Positions 23,958-35,669 of a stretch of 64,000 nt of DNA are shown one piece after another. Each line of letters begins with the position of its first letter. Within the stretch, counting starts at the first letter, position 1. The stretch is from Mobula hypostoma (Eukaryota). The translations under genes were made by a program, and so were the position numbers. Location of the stretch: NCBI RefSeq assembly GCF_963921235.1, contig NC_086108.1, forward strand, positions 77,564,001-77,628,000. Reading direction: 5' to 3'. A model generated the notes under the pieces. That model saw nothing but the letters and a program-made list of their open reading frames with translations, ran no database searches and had not been told where the DNA came from.

Positions 23958-25665
23958 TGTATTCATACATTATTACAAAAGAAGTGGAATAAACCTGTTG
24001 CACATATTCTAGCAGCCCTCCCTGTCTCTGTATTCTCAGTATTACCTGTGCTTCACAGTTAGAGCAAAAAGCTAATGCAAATACAATAGAGGTAGTGATT
24101 CACTGACCGAATAAAGTGGAGAAATTTGAGGCATTAGAGCTCCAGTCTTTTGTTTTGCTGTCTTGATCAGATATTCCTTCGACTGCTGAGTGGTGTCTAG
24201 CCTCCAAAAGCTGCACTAATGTAAATGCAGGCAAATAGATCAGAACCAACGTTAGTGCACTTGTTTGAGGGTGTGTCAGCTTGAGGCTTTATGACTAACA
24301 ATGGATAAGTTCACAACTCTTATTGATCCATTGTTAAATTAAGTTGCAAATAAACCACAGTTGACAATGAATAGAGGTGCCTCTCTCTGACTATCCATCC
24401 CATAGGATGATGATAGTTCTTTTCAGTCAGTTAGGGGGTGTGATATGTGCATCCTGGAGAGGCTGTACAGGACGATCCTTGACAGCGACTGCTTGCCACA
24501 TACTTGGCAGATGAGGCCTGGAGGGGCAGCAGGGGCAGAAGCTCTGTTGTGGCGCTTCCTGTGCCTTTCCTCTGTTGCCTCGTTGAGCAGCGTCCACACC
24601 TTTTCTGATGGTGTCCCTCCACTGTGAGCGATCTTGAGCCAGATCCTCCCATGTTGATGGGGCAATGTCAGCTTTCTTGAGGCTCCTGTGCAGAACATCC
24701 TTGTACTGTAGTTGCTGGCCTCCTTGTTTTCGGGTACCACTGGACAGTTGGCCGTACAAGATGTCCTTTGGCAGTCTTCCGTCAGGCATTTCGACAACAT
24801 GTCCTGCCCAGCACAGTTGGGCTGATATCACCAAGGCTGGAACTGCTGGCATTCCGGCTTGAGAGAGGACCTCGGTATTGGAGACCTTGTCTCGCCAGGT
24901 GATCTTCATCAGAGAACACAGGTGACGCTGCTGCAGCTGGTCAAGCTGGCATAAGTGTCTCTGATATGGGCACCATGTCTCACATCCGTATAACAAGGTT
25001 GATATGACAACGGCCCTGTATACCTTGCACTTGGTGGCCAACCTGATGTTCTGTGACCAAACTCGATCTTTCAGCTGACCAACGGCATAGAAGGCTTTTC
25101 TGGTTCTTGACTCAATCTCTACATCCAGAGAAGCTGAGGATATTATTATGCTGCCCAGGTAGCAGAACTTGTTGACAGCATTGAGACGAGTGTCATTAAT
25201 GAGGACAGTTGGTTCTTCATTCTAGGCTTTTCATTCTAGGACGAGGGAGATGTCTTCATTTTTTAAAGAAAGGGGCTTCCCTTCCTCCACTATCAACTCT
25301 GCTCTTAAAAGCATCTCCCCCATTTCACGTACCATCTGCTCTCACTCCATCCTCCCACCACCCCACTAGGAATAGGGTTCCCCTGGTCCTCACCTACCAC
25401 CCCACCAGCCTCCGGGTCCAACATATTATTCTCCGTAACTTCCGCTACCTCCAACGGGATCCCACCACTAAGCACATCTTTCCCTCCCCCCCCCCCTGCA
25501 TTCCGCAGGGATCGCTCCCTACGCAACTCCCTTGTCCATTCGTCCCCCCCATCCTTCCCCACTGATCTCCCTCCTGGCACTTATCCGTGTAAGCGGAACA
25601 AGTGCTACACATGCCCTTACACTTCCTCCCTTACCACCATTCAGGGCCCCAAACAGTCCTTCCAG

Positions 25666-25992
25666 GTGAGGCATCACTTCACCTGTGAGTCGACTGGGGT
25701 GATATACTGCGTCCGGTGCTCCCGATGTGGCCTTTTATATATTGGTGAGACCCGACACAGACTGGGAGACCGCTTTGCTGAACATCTACGCTCTGTCCGC
25801 CAGAGAAAGCAGGATCTCCCAGTGGCCACACATTTTAATTCCACATCCCATTCCCATTCTGACATGTCTATCCACGGCCTCCTCTACTGTAAAGATGAAG
25901 CCACACTCAGGTTGGAGGAACAACACCTTATATTCCGTCTGGGTAGTCTCCAACCTGATGGCATGAACATTGACTTCTCTAACTTCTGCTAA
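25666..25992 (+). CDS. GIY-YIG endonuclease domain of the Penelope-like ORF (C-terminal fragment of a truncated ORF)
   Basis: VIYCVRCSRCGLLYIGET..RFAEH..VATHFN..EQHLIFRLGSLQPDGMN. Confidence 0.9.
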   Translation: MRHHFTCESTGVIYCVRCSRCGLLYIGETRHRLGDRFAEHLRSVRQRKQDLPVATHFNSTSHSHSDMSIHGLLYCKDEATLRLEEQHLIFRLGSLQPDGMNIDFSNFC

Positions 25993-26287
25993 GGCCCCAC
26001 CTCCCCCTCGTACCCCATCTGTTACCTATTTTTATGCACACATTCTTTCTCTCACTCTCCTTTTTCTCCCTCTGTCCCTCTGAATATACCCCTTGCCCAT
26101 CCTCTGGGTCACCCCCCACCTTGTCTTTCTTCCCGGACCTCCTGTCCCATGATCCTCTCATATCCCCTTTTGCCTATCACCTGTCCAGCTCTTGGCTCTA
26201 TCCCTCCCCCTCCTGTCTTCTCCTATCATTTTGCATCTCCCCCTCCCCCTCCAGCTTTCAAATCCCTTACTCACTCTTCCTTCAGTT

Positions 26288-26323
26288 AGTCCTGACGAAG
26301 GGTCTCGGCCTGAAACGTCGACT
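26288..26323 (+). ncRNA. Minimal type-I hammerhead ribozyme, intact core
   Basis: AGUC-CUGACGA-AGG(GUCUCGG)CCU-GAAA-C-GUC^GACU: helix I AGUC/GACU, helix II AGG/CCU, palindromic ACGU helix III, GUC cleavage triplet. Confidence 0.85.
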
Positions 26324-27209
26324 GCACCTCTTCCTATAGATGCTGCCTGGCCTGCTGCGTTCACCAGCAACTTTGATGTGTGTTGCTTGAATTTCCAGCA
26401 TCTGCAGAATTCCTGTTGTTTACAGTTGGTTCTTTGTAGCTTGAGCCAGGAGCTGGTTGGTACAAAACTTCCATCTTTTTCAGGCTGATTGTCAGTCCGA
26501 AGCTTTTGGCTGCACGGGCAAAGCGAATGGTGATCTCTTGTAAGTCTTCGAGAGAGTGGGCATTCAGTGCACAGTCATCAGCAAACTGTAGCTCATGCAC
26601 CACAATGGCCTTGACTTTTGTTTTTGCTCTCAATCTTGCGAGGTTGAGGAGCCCGCCATCAGCCCTCATTTATAGGAAGACCCCTAACTTCAGGTCTGAT
26701 GTGGCATCCTAAAGAATAGTCCAAACAGAGTAGGAGCCAGAACACAACACAACCCTGTTTTACACTGTTGCTATTATTATTATTATTATTATTATCATCA
26801 TCACTGAGGTGCCTATTCCTCAACTCTCAGTATGAAAGCTCCTGTCAGCCAATGACCTAAGATCATGCTAGTGGCCTTTTGGTAATTAGTGACTTGGGGT
26901 TTCTTCTTGCTCAAATCCAGGCATTTTACTGTAAAATTAACATTTTAATACTGAAGTAACTATTTCTCTCCACAGATGCTGCCTGATCGATTGACCTCCT
27001 CCTGCAATGTCTTTTGAGCAACTATCACGTTACTTTTAGATCAAATTTACCATACATGAAATATTTTATTCATCTCATCATCTATTTTTGCCAGTAATTC
27101 ATTTTCTCTGGCTTCTTAGTGACCTGCAAATGTTGTAGATATGATGCTTAATGGGAAAATTGTCAAAAATGAATTATTCTCGTGGAAGAAGTTTGTGATA
27201 AACCTAATC

Positions 27210-29220
27210 AGAAAAACATAGAAACATAGAAACATAGAAAATAGGTGCAGGAGTAGGCCATTCGGCCCTTTGAGCCTGCACCGCCATTCACCATGATCAT
27301 GGCTGATCATCCAACCCAGAACCCAGCCTTCCCTCCATACCCCCTGACCCCTGTAGCCACAAGGGCCACATCTAACTTCCTTTTAAACATAGCCAATGAA
27401 CTGGCCTCAACAGTTTGCTGTGGCAGAGAATTCCACAGATTCACCACTCTCTGTGTGAAGAAGTTTTTCCTAACCTCGGTCCTAAAAGGCTTCCCCTCTA
27501 TCCTCAAACTGTGACCCCTCGTTCTAGACCTCCCCAACATCGGGAACAATCTTCCCGCATCTAGCCTGTCCAATCCCTTTAGGATCTTATACGTTTCAAT
27601 CAGATCCCCCCTCAATCTTCTAAATTCCAACGAGTACAAGCCCAGTTCATCCAGTCTTTCTTCATATGAAAGACCTGCCATCCCAGGAATCAATCTGGTG
27701 AACCTTCTTTGTACTCCCTCTATGGCAAGGATGTCTTTCCTCAGATTAGGGGACCAAACCTGCACACAATACTCCAGGTGTGGTCTCACCAAGGCCTTGT
27801 ACAACTGCAGTAGTACCTCCCTGCTCCTGTACTCGAATCCTCTCGCTATAAATGCCAGCATACCGTTCGCCTTTTTCACCGCCTGCTGTACCTGCATGCC
27901 CACTTTCAATGACTGGTGTATAATGACACCCAGGTCTCGTTGCACCTCCCCTTTTCCTAATCGGCCACCATTCAGATAATAATCTGTTTTCCTATTTTTG
28001 CCACCAAAGTGGATAACTTCACATTTATCCACATTAAATTGCATCTGCCATGAGTTTGCCCACTCACCCAACCTATCCAAGTCACCCTGCATCCTCTTAG
28101 CATCCTCCTCACTGCTAACACTGCCACCCAGCTTTGTGTCATCCGCAAACTTGGAGATGCTGCATTTAATTCCCTCATCCAAGTCATTAATATATATTGT
28201 AAACAACTGGGGTCCCAGCACTGAGCCTTGCGGTACCCCACTAGTCACCGCCTGCCATTCTGAAAAGGTCCCGTTTATTCCCACTCTTTGCTTCCTGTCT
28301 GCTAACCAATTCTCCACCCACACCAATACCTTACCCCCAATACCATGTGCTTTAAGTTTGCACACTAATCTCCTGTGTGGGACCTTGTCAAAAGCCTTTT
28401 GAAAATCCAAATATACCACATCCACTGGTTCTCCCCTATCCACTCTACTAGTTACATCCTCAAAAAATTCTATGAGATTCGTCAGACATGATTTTCCTTT
28501 CACAAATCCATGCTGACTTTGTCCGATCATTTCACCGCTTTCCAAATGTGCTGTTATCACATCCTTGATAACTGACTCCAGCAGTTTCCCCACCACCAAC
28601 GTTAGGCTAACCGGCCTATAATTCCCCGGTTTCTCTCTCCCTCCTTTTTTAAAAAGTGGGGTTACATTAGCCACCCTCCAATCCTCAGGAACTAGTCCAG
28701 AATCTAACGAGTTTTGAAAAATTATCACTAATGCATCCACTATTTCTTGGGCCACTTCCTTAAGCACTCTGGGATGCAGACCATCTGGCCCTGGGGATTT
28801 ATCTGCCTTCAATCCCTTCAATTTACCTAACACCACTTCCCTACTAACATGTATTTCGCTCAGTTCCACCATCTCACTGGACCCTCTGTCCCTTACTATT
28901 TCTGGAAGATTATTTATGTCCTCCTTAGTGAAGACAGAACCAAAGTAATTATTCAATTGGTCTGCCATGTCCTTGCTCCCCATAATCAATTCACCTGTTT
29001 CTGTTTGCAGGGGACCTACATTTGTCTTTATCAGTCTTTTCCTTTTTACATATCTATAAAAGCTTTTACAGTCCGTTTTTATGTTCTCTGCCAGTTTTCT
29101 CTCATAATCTTTTTTCCCCTTCCTAATTAAGCCCTTTGTCCTCCTCTGCTGAACTCTGAATTTCTCCCAGTCCTCAGGTGAGCCACTTTCTCTGGCTAAT
29201 TTGTATGCTACTTCTTTGAA
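27210..29220 (-). mobile_element. Young CR1 LINE, 5'-truncated, (TTCTATGT)n tail
   Basis: Uninterrupted ORF2 fragment plus 3'UTR hairpin; acatagaa repeats at 27216-27240. Confidence 0.97.
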
Positions 29221-29223
29221 CAT
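27307..29223 (-). CDS. CR1 ORF2 fragment (reverse transcriptase domain; endonuclease missing, start not genuine)
   Basis: KSPGPDG, NYRPVSLT, YLDFQKAFDKV, GVPQGSVLGP, KFADDTK, RPHLEYC motifs over 638 codons. Confidence 0.95.
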   Translation of the reverse strand: MFKEVAYKLARESGSPEDWEKFRVQQRRTKGLIRKGKKDYERKLAENIKTDCKSFYRYVKRKRLIKTNVGPLQTETGELIMGSKDMADQLNNYFGSVFTKEDINNLPEIVRDRGSSEMVELSEIHVSREVVLGKLKGLKADKSPGPDGLHPRVLKEVAQEIVDALVIIFQNSLDSGLVPEDWRVANVTPLFKKGGREKPGNYRPVSLTLVVGKLLESVIKDVITAHLESGEMIGQSQHGFVKGKSCLTNLIEFFEDVTSRVDRGEPVDVVYLDFQKAFDKVPHRRLVCKLKAHGIGGKVLVWVENWLADRKQRVGINGTFSEWQAVTSGVPQGSVLGPQLFTIYINDLDEGIKCSISKFADDTKLGGSVSSEEDAKRMQGDLDRLGEWANSWQMQFNVDKCEVIHFGGKNRKTDYYLNGGRLGKGEVQRDLGVIIHQSLKVGMQVQQAVKKANGMLAFIARGFEYRSREVLLQLYKALVRPHLEYCVQVWSPNLRKDILAIEGVQRRFTRLIPGMAGLSYEERLDELGLYSLEFRRLRGDLIETYKILKGLDRLDAGRLFPMLGRSRTRGHSLRIEGKPFRTEVRKNFFTQRVVNLWNSLPQQTVEASSLAMFKRKLDVALVATGVRGYGGKAGFWVG

Positions 29224-30689
29224 TAAGAATAAGCCTTATTTAGCCAGTTCTCAAAGTATGAACCAAATCTTGAGAACATAAAGGGTTAGAAAAACTATCA
29301 TCTTCAAAAATACTTCCATTTATATTCAATGTTAGCAAAGAGAAGACACTTATATAGAATACATAAATTTATGATATGTTATGAATTTGAATGTCTATTT
29401 TATATTTATAATTCCTTTATTTCTATATTCTTTGTCAGATTTACCTGGATATACGTGCAATTAATTATTCTTTGGTCCCAGTCTTTCTAGGCACATTTCT
29501 TAAAAGATGAACTGGAGAAATTTCAAAAAGAATTTACAACTATTTTACCTTAAACCTAAAGCCTAAGTATCACACCTTGAGAGATCACCTGGTCGATGGA
29601 GCAAAGGCTGTATTCATATGCTGCTGAGGGGAATGCAAAGAATTGACTTTGATTTTATCAAAGAAAAACTGGAGAAAAGTTCATCTCATGCAGAGCTTAA
29701 AGGAGAGTAAGTGCATAATAACAGTTCAGTAAACAACTGGGTAGAGGAGGCACCATAAATCCAGCAAGATGCAACTGCTCCGCAGATGTGCCAAGGATTA
29801 TATGTTGCAGTGTGTGGAAGTATTGGGTTTGTAAAATGAACCAAAAGGCAGAGGAATGTTTATTCTTCGTACACGTGGTTGCTCCCAGCCGAGTAAAATG
29901 CAAAAGCAGTGATATAAAATCAGTGCCTTCATTGTGGTCCCACAGGACACAGTTTCATTATTTACTGCCATGAGATGTCAATGACCTTAATCAGGCAACA
30001 GACTACCACCATTTGAACACTGAAAAAGAGCAATCCAGGGAATTGAACACATAAAGCACAGTTCAAAACGCCACTGAAAAGTACAAGAGCACACAAAGAA
30101 TAATTTGTCATGATGGCAAGGTAGAGCAGGAGACTATCGCAGATTTCTTATATTGATCCCTTTCCAGCATTTAACTGTTAACCAACAGCAGCTCATGAAA
30201 GGAACAAACATGCTTTTGTGCTGCACCAGAAATTTTAAAGTTCAAATTTCCTGAAGCTCAAAACCAAGAGAGTAATCGAGTACTAGGGTCTGTACAATAG
30301 TTTTTTCTTTTGACGTGGTGTCAATTGGGCCTAAAGCAGCAGAAAAAACAAGGTTGTTACTAACATATTAAAAGTTGACAGATTAGTTGCAATTGTCAAA
30401 ATTGTTCCATTCAGAATAACAGTTCTGTACTGTTCTGGGCACATATTCCATATTTTCTCTATGCAAAACAAACAAAAACATTTGAAGTAAAAAGTGATGT
30501 AGAACTGGTCTGGAAGGGTAATAATGGCAACTTTGTAGTCGGAAAGATTACAATTATATGGGGAAAGGAATACAGTGAATAAAACTTGCAAAATTCAGAA
30601 AATCAGGGAACACAAATCTGCTGCTAAGATTTCCGTTAAAGTTGCCGTGTGGCAGCTTTACTGGCTCATCCGACCTGCTCTTGAAATTA

Positions 30690-31640
30690 TTCCTAATCCA
30701 AGGTCATCCACCATCTGAGACATGCTCTCTTCCTGATAGCACGGTCAGGGCAGAGGTAGTGGCTCCTTAAGTCCGGCACTTGATTATTCAGGAACAGCTT
30801 CTAGCCTTCCATCATCAGGTTTCTGAGCAGTCCATGAACCCATTAACACTGCCTCATTATTTTTGCACAATATTTATTTTATAAGCTATAATAATGTTAT
30901 CACCAAGCTCCAAGCCCAGGGTCCCTGCACTTCCCTTTGCAACGATATTCCTGACTTTCTCATCAGCAGAGCTCAATCAGTACAGATTGGTAACAACACA
31001 GCTGATAACGTAACACTATTACAGTTCAGGGCATTCCAGAGTCCGGAGCTCAATTCTGGCACAGCCCAGAAGGAGTTTGTACATTCTCCCCGTGAGCGCG
31101 TTGGTTTCCTCCAGAGGCTGAAGTTTCTTCCCATAGTCCAAAGACATACCAGCTAGTAGGTAAATTGGTGATTGTAAATTGTCCTGGGATTAGGCTTGTG
31201 TTAAATAGATAGGTTGCTGAGTTAGCTCGTGGGGCCAGAAGGTCCTGCTCCAAGCTGTATCACTAAATAAAATCAATCAATATTCATCTCCTCCTCACTG
31301 ACCATCTGCATAGGTGCTCCTCAAGGATGGATGCTTTGACCCCTGTGCTGACTTACACCCACAACAGTGTGGCCAATATCATCTATTAATTTGCCAAGGA
31401 CACCACTGTTGATGGCCAAATTATGGATGTTGAAGAGTCGGCGTACAAGAGTGAAAAAACAGTCTGGTTGAGTAGTTGCTCAATAATAACCTCATGCTCA
31501 ACATCAACAAAACCAAAAAGCTAATCATTGACTTTAGAAAGAAAAAGTCAGGAGACCTTATGTCAGATCTCACTGGTGGTTCAGAGTTGGAGAGAGTTGT
31601 CAGCTTCAAATACCTCTGTGTAAACACCTTAGACAACCTA
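30690..31640 (+). mobile_element. Decayed Rex1-like LINE fragments (3' piece 30690-30890; RT piece 30900-31640) containing a V-SINE
   Basis: ggtgctcctcaagga (GAPQG), tttgccaaggacaccactgtt (FADDTTV-like), ctcaacatcaacaaaaccaaaaag (LNINKTK). Confidence 0.75.
31000..31275 (+). mobile_element. V-SINE-like element
   Basis: Homologous to 19343-19600: ggagtttgtacattctccccgtg..ggtttcctcc..cccatagtccaaagac. Confidence 0.75.
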
Positions 31641-31699
31641 TGAGTAAACGTGAATTCATAAACTTTCAGAGCAAAGCACACTATTGCAAGAGGAAAATC

Positions 31700-31908
31700 A
31701 TAAACACAAGAGATTCTGCAAATGCTGGAAAATCCAGAGTAATGCAAAATGCTGCAGGAACTCAGCAGATCAGGCAGCATCTGTAGAAAGGAATGAGAAG
31801 TTGACTTTTTGGGCCAAAGCATCTCTACCCAAAACGTTGACTCTTTATTCCTTGCCATGGATGCTGCCTGACCTGCTGAGTTCCTCCAGCATTTTGTGTG
31901 TGTTACTC
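31700..31908. mobile_element. Fold-back PLE pLTR mini-element
   Basis: Minus-oriented arm 31700-~31820 and plus-oriented arm ~31828-31908, apex in the hammerhead helix II region. Confidence 0.8.
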
Positions 31909-32659
31909 ACAATTCAAGAGAAAGGAAGAAAGGTACAATTATTAGACTTGAACTGGACAATGTGAATAATGTGAGTCCAGAACTAAGATTAATTTTTTTT
32001 CCGTTCTGTTTGACTTTCTGTTCATAATCCTCCCAAGCTTGTTTTATACCACATTCGTATTGGTATTGTCTGTCAAATGTTCAACAAACTTACTGCTGAG
32101 ATGATTTCTGTTGATAAGTTGATGAAGAAATTCATGCTGTATATCAGATAATTTGCTAAAAAAGAGAGATAAACTCTATATCTTTTGTTTTCATTCAATG
32201 AAAGAAAGCATTGAAGCCGAACTGGGAGCAGCTTGTGGCCTTTTCTGTTTGATGCATTTTAGCTAAGTAAGGAAAATATTTAAATCATCCAACGGATCTT
32301 TGGTTGCCTCAGATTTTGTCTGTCTTGATGAAAATATCGGTTGGCAGTATCTCTTACTAACTGTGAGGTATAATCACAGGAATTGAAACTGTTCATAGGG
32401 ACAGAATGGAGAACAAATGGCCCCTTCACTTACATGAAAGTGATCTTCTTCTGCGTTTAAGTTTACAAAAAAATTGGACTTACACATTTAGGTTGCTCTG
32501 TATTTTTCTGAATTTTTCTCCTATCCTCCTTTTAAATATTTAAATCCTCAGTTTTCCCTATCCCTGAACTGATTGACATGCAGTATTCTCCCCTTCCAGC
32601 TCTCTCCTGCTTTCCAATACTCCCATATTCCCATAAAGTTTTTCCTTCTGTCCTCTGAT

Positions 32660-32945
32660 CCCCAGCTCCTGATCCTAGTTTCAGTCTGAACCACACTCCT
32701 AATTGTATTCAGATCATTCCCCTGGACCCATTCCCATTCTGCTCTGACTGCCTATCAGACTCCCAGTGTTGCTCAAGGCCACACATCTGATCCTAGTCCC
32801 AACACGAGCTACGCTCTTGCCCACATTACCAGCTACACATTAGACCCAGACCCAGCACTAAATCATTAATATCTGGCTGCACATTGAACCATACTCCCAG
32901 ATCCCAGCTAAACTGCTGCTCGTATTCCCAGTGCCACACCCAGAC
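32660..32945. repeat. Degenerate tandem repeat
   Basis: Recurring ctgatcc/cccaga/ccacac-like units. Confidence 0.35.
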
Positions 32946-33531
32946 ATGTTCCTTCCCTGTTACCGGTTTAAGAGATGAAGACATTTTTCAAGTCATTGCT
33001 GACTGTGGCTGGTCTGCAGTGGTTATCTTGAACTGATTCAAGTACAGTACATATGTAGTTGCTCAGTACAATTGACTGCCATTTTGTGAGTGTGATAAGG
33101 CTTTACTTGCTTCTGGAAATGCAGAATTTTTACTTACCCACAAAGAGCATGAGTTTTGTTCTATGAACAGACAATTGGCAAAACTAAATTATGCTTTATT
33201 TTGAAATACAATAGCCCTTAGAAATTAGGACATTCACATAATTGCTTAAGTATGGGAGAAACATATACAATACAAAGTAGTGGAGGAGCTCAGCAGGTCA
33301 GGCAGCATCTATAGAAAGGAATAAACAGTCGACATTTCGGGCCAAACACCTTCAACAGGACTGGAAAAGAAGGGGGAAGAAGCCAGAATAAGAAGCTGAG
33401 AGGGGAGGGAGGAAGGAAAAAGTACAAGCCAGAAGGTGATAGGTGAAGCCAGGTTTGCGGAGAAGGTGGGTGGGGGGGAGCGGAACAAAGTGAGAACCTG
33501 GGAGGTGATAGGTGTAAAAGACAAACCCACC

Positions 33532-33960
33532 TGACAGGTATTCAGTGATGGCCCAAAGGCAAAGGGAGAGACAGACATGGAATGAACAGTTCACCGAGAT
33601 TTAATAAGAACTGTACAGGACAAAGGAAAATAATAAACACCAGGCCAACAGGGCTGCTAACTAAAAACTAACACAATCACTGCAGCTCAAAAGCAGTAAC
33701 CTGGAACTAAATTAATACTGCTCATTTAACAGTGTCTATCTAAATCTTCTTTCCCTAAGGTAAGCAGGGAGCATTGTCATCGCCGTGCTTCTATCAAGAC
33801 TTGACAAGACTGAAGCCAAAGGAAGAGAATTAAATAAACTTACAAAGAAAACCCTTATTGACTCGAATGTTTGCATTCTTATGTGTGTGATTGCTATTTC
33901 CTTTCAGTCACCTGCCTGCAAGGACACCCATTTTCAACAGCAGTGTCTGCGGTTGTGACA
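33532..33960 (-). repeat. 3' LTR
   Basis: TG...CA ends; direct repeat of 35670-36133. Confidence 0.85.
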
Positions 33961-35669
33961 GGGCCCCTATCCCTCGGCAACAAAGGCCCCTGCTCTTTGG
34001 AAGTTCTGGTTGAGAGACTTATCAAAGATGAGTCAAATGGAATCCTACAGTGTTCCTCTGAGCCATACACATCTCAATCAATAAGGTGCTGGACAATGCC
34101 TCGCACCCGACAAAATGCGCCATACAGGGACCTATCCACCAAACAGGAAGGTGGGGAGGTAGGGAGAGGTGACTGGAGCAAGGTGGGGAGGTAGACATTG
34201 GCTTGAGCTGGGAAACATGGAAGACCGGGTCAATCTTCATGGATGATGGTTGGCACAGTCTATAGGAGGCTCTGTTGATAGCCTTCTCCACTATGAATGG
34301 CCCCATGTAATATGGAGCCAACTTGAAGCTCTCTACTCTAATGGAAGATCAATAGATGCCAGCCACACTTTTTCCCCTGGCTTAAGAGGTCTCACTTGCC
34401 AGTGGAGCCGATCAGCTTGCTGGATGTATTGTTGCTGGGTGTACAACAGAGAAGACTTGGCCCATATCTATGTTCTCTTGTAGCGCTGGACTAATTGCTG
34501 AGCAGCAGGAGCTCCCATGTCAGTCTGTTGGTCAGGGAAGAGTGGTGGCTGAAATCCCTTTTGGTATTCAAAAGTAATGTGCCAGTGAAAGATTACTGGG
34601 GGTTATTGTGGGCAATCCCTGTCCAAATGAGTTGGGAGCTCCAGGTTGTGGAGTTGGAAGAGACAAGTCAGTGCAGGGTTGTCTCCAACTCCTGACTCAC
34701 TCTCTCCTTCTTTGAGCCTGAGAGACATCCAAGAGATTCCCAGCTGCCCCAGAGTCAATGAATGCCAGGAGCTCAGTGGTCTTGGTCCCCCATGACAAGA
34801 AAGCTGGGAACATTACCTGATTAGGGGAAGATGCCTGCAGTGAGAATCGACCCATCAGAATTCCCTTCTTACTGATGGGTATCCTCTTTTACTGAGCACA
34901 CGCTGGAAAGCAGTGACGAGTGATTTCTCATTCCACCCTGTCCCAGCTGCCAGAGTGTGGAATTTTTCTGCGTAGTCTCTCCTTTGATGCAGGTGCAGGA
35001 GTTGGTGGGAAACCTCCTCACCCTGTACTGGAAGGTCAACCATTTTCCTGAATTCAACTACAAATTGCTGGAAAGGCTGAGCTACAGGAGAACCTTGTTC
35101 TCGTAGGACGTTGAACAGGCTGAGTTGGATCCATGTAATAGATACACTATGTCAGCCACTTAACGTGCACCATCACCGAACTGACCGGGCTGGGCTCGGA
35201 AAGTCAGTTTATACTGGCTAATACAGTTTCTGCAGCCGTCGGGATCACTGGGGTATCTGCCTGGTGGAGGAATGCTTGGTTTAGGTTCGGAAGCAGCCAA
35301 GGGAATCGGGGCATTTGTGGCTGAGGCAGACGAGGTGGTAATAGTGGAGGATGAGGAGGTGCCGGTGCTGGAAGTGGGGCTGGCCTGGCAGAGAGCTGCT
35401 GAATCGCGGCACTGAGAACAGTAACGGCTGCCACCTGATTCTGGTTGTCTGTTGTGAGTTGCTACCGAACCGTCATTGCAAGTGTTGACACCGGTTATTT
35501 CAGCTTAGACTGGGCTTGGCACTCTGAGAGCAGCTGACGCTCTATCGGAACCATTCCTGCCAATCCAGCCTTCGCTGACTTCAACTGCTCCCTCAACAGA
35601 CCAACGAAATTCAGGGATGATTTCAGTTGTCCCCTCTCCACAGAGTCCATATTGGTGGTCAAATCTTAC

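Larger units (their letters stand above)
25218..26421 (+). mobile_element. Penelope-like element, 5'-truncated, young; 13-bp TSD acagttggttctt
   Basis: RVPLVLTYHP, Cys-rich linker CKRNKCYTC, GIY-YIG ORF and pLTR; TSD at 25205-25217 and 26422-26434. Confidence 0.93.
24383..26805 (-). mobile_element. RTE-clade LINE, 5'-truncated, interrupted by a PLE; TSD gaggtgcct
   Basis: VKQGC..APTLF, ELQFADDCAL, KVYRAVVISTLLYGCETW, RLPKDILYGQL, C-terminal CxxC..H; gaggtgcct at 24374-24382 and 26806-26814. Confidence 0.92.

Noticed and set aside
27307..29223. Active autonomous CR1
   Set aside because: 5'-truncated: no ORF1, endonuclease or promoter; the start codon comes from the flank
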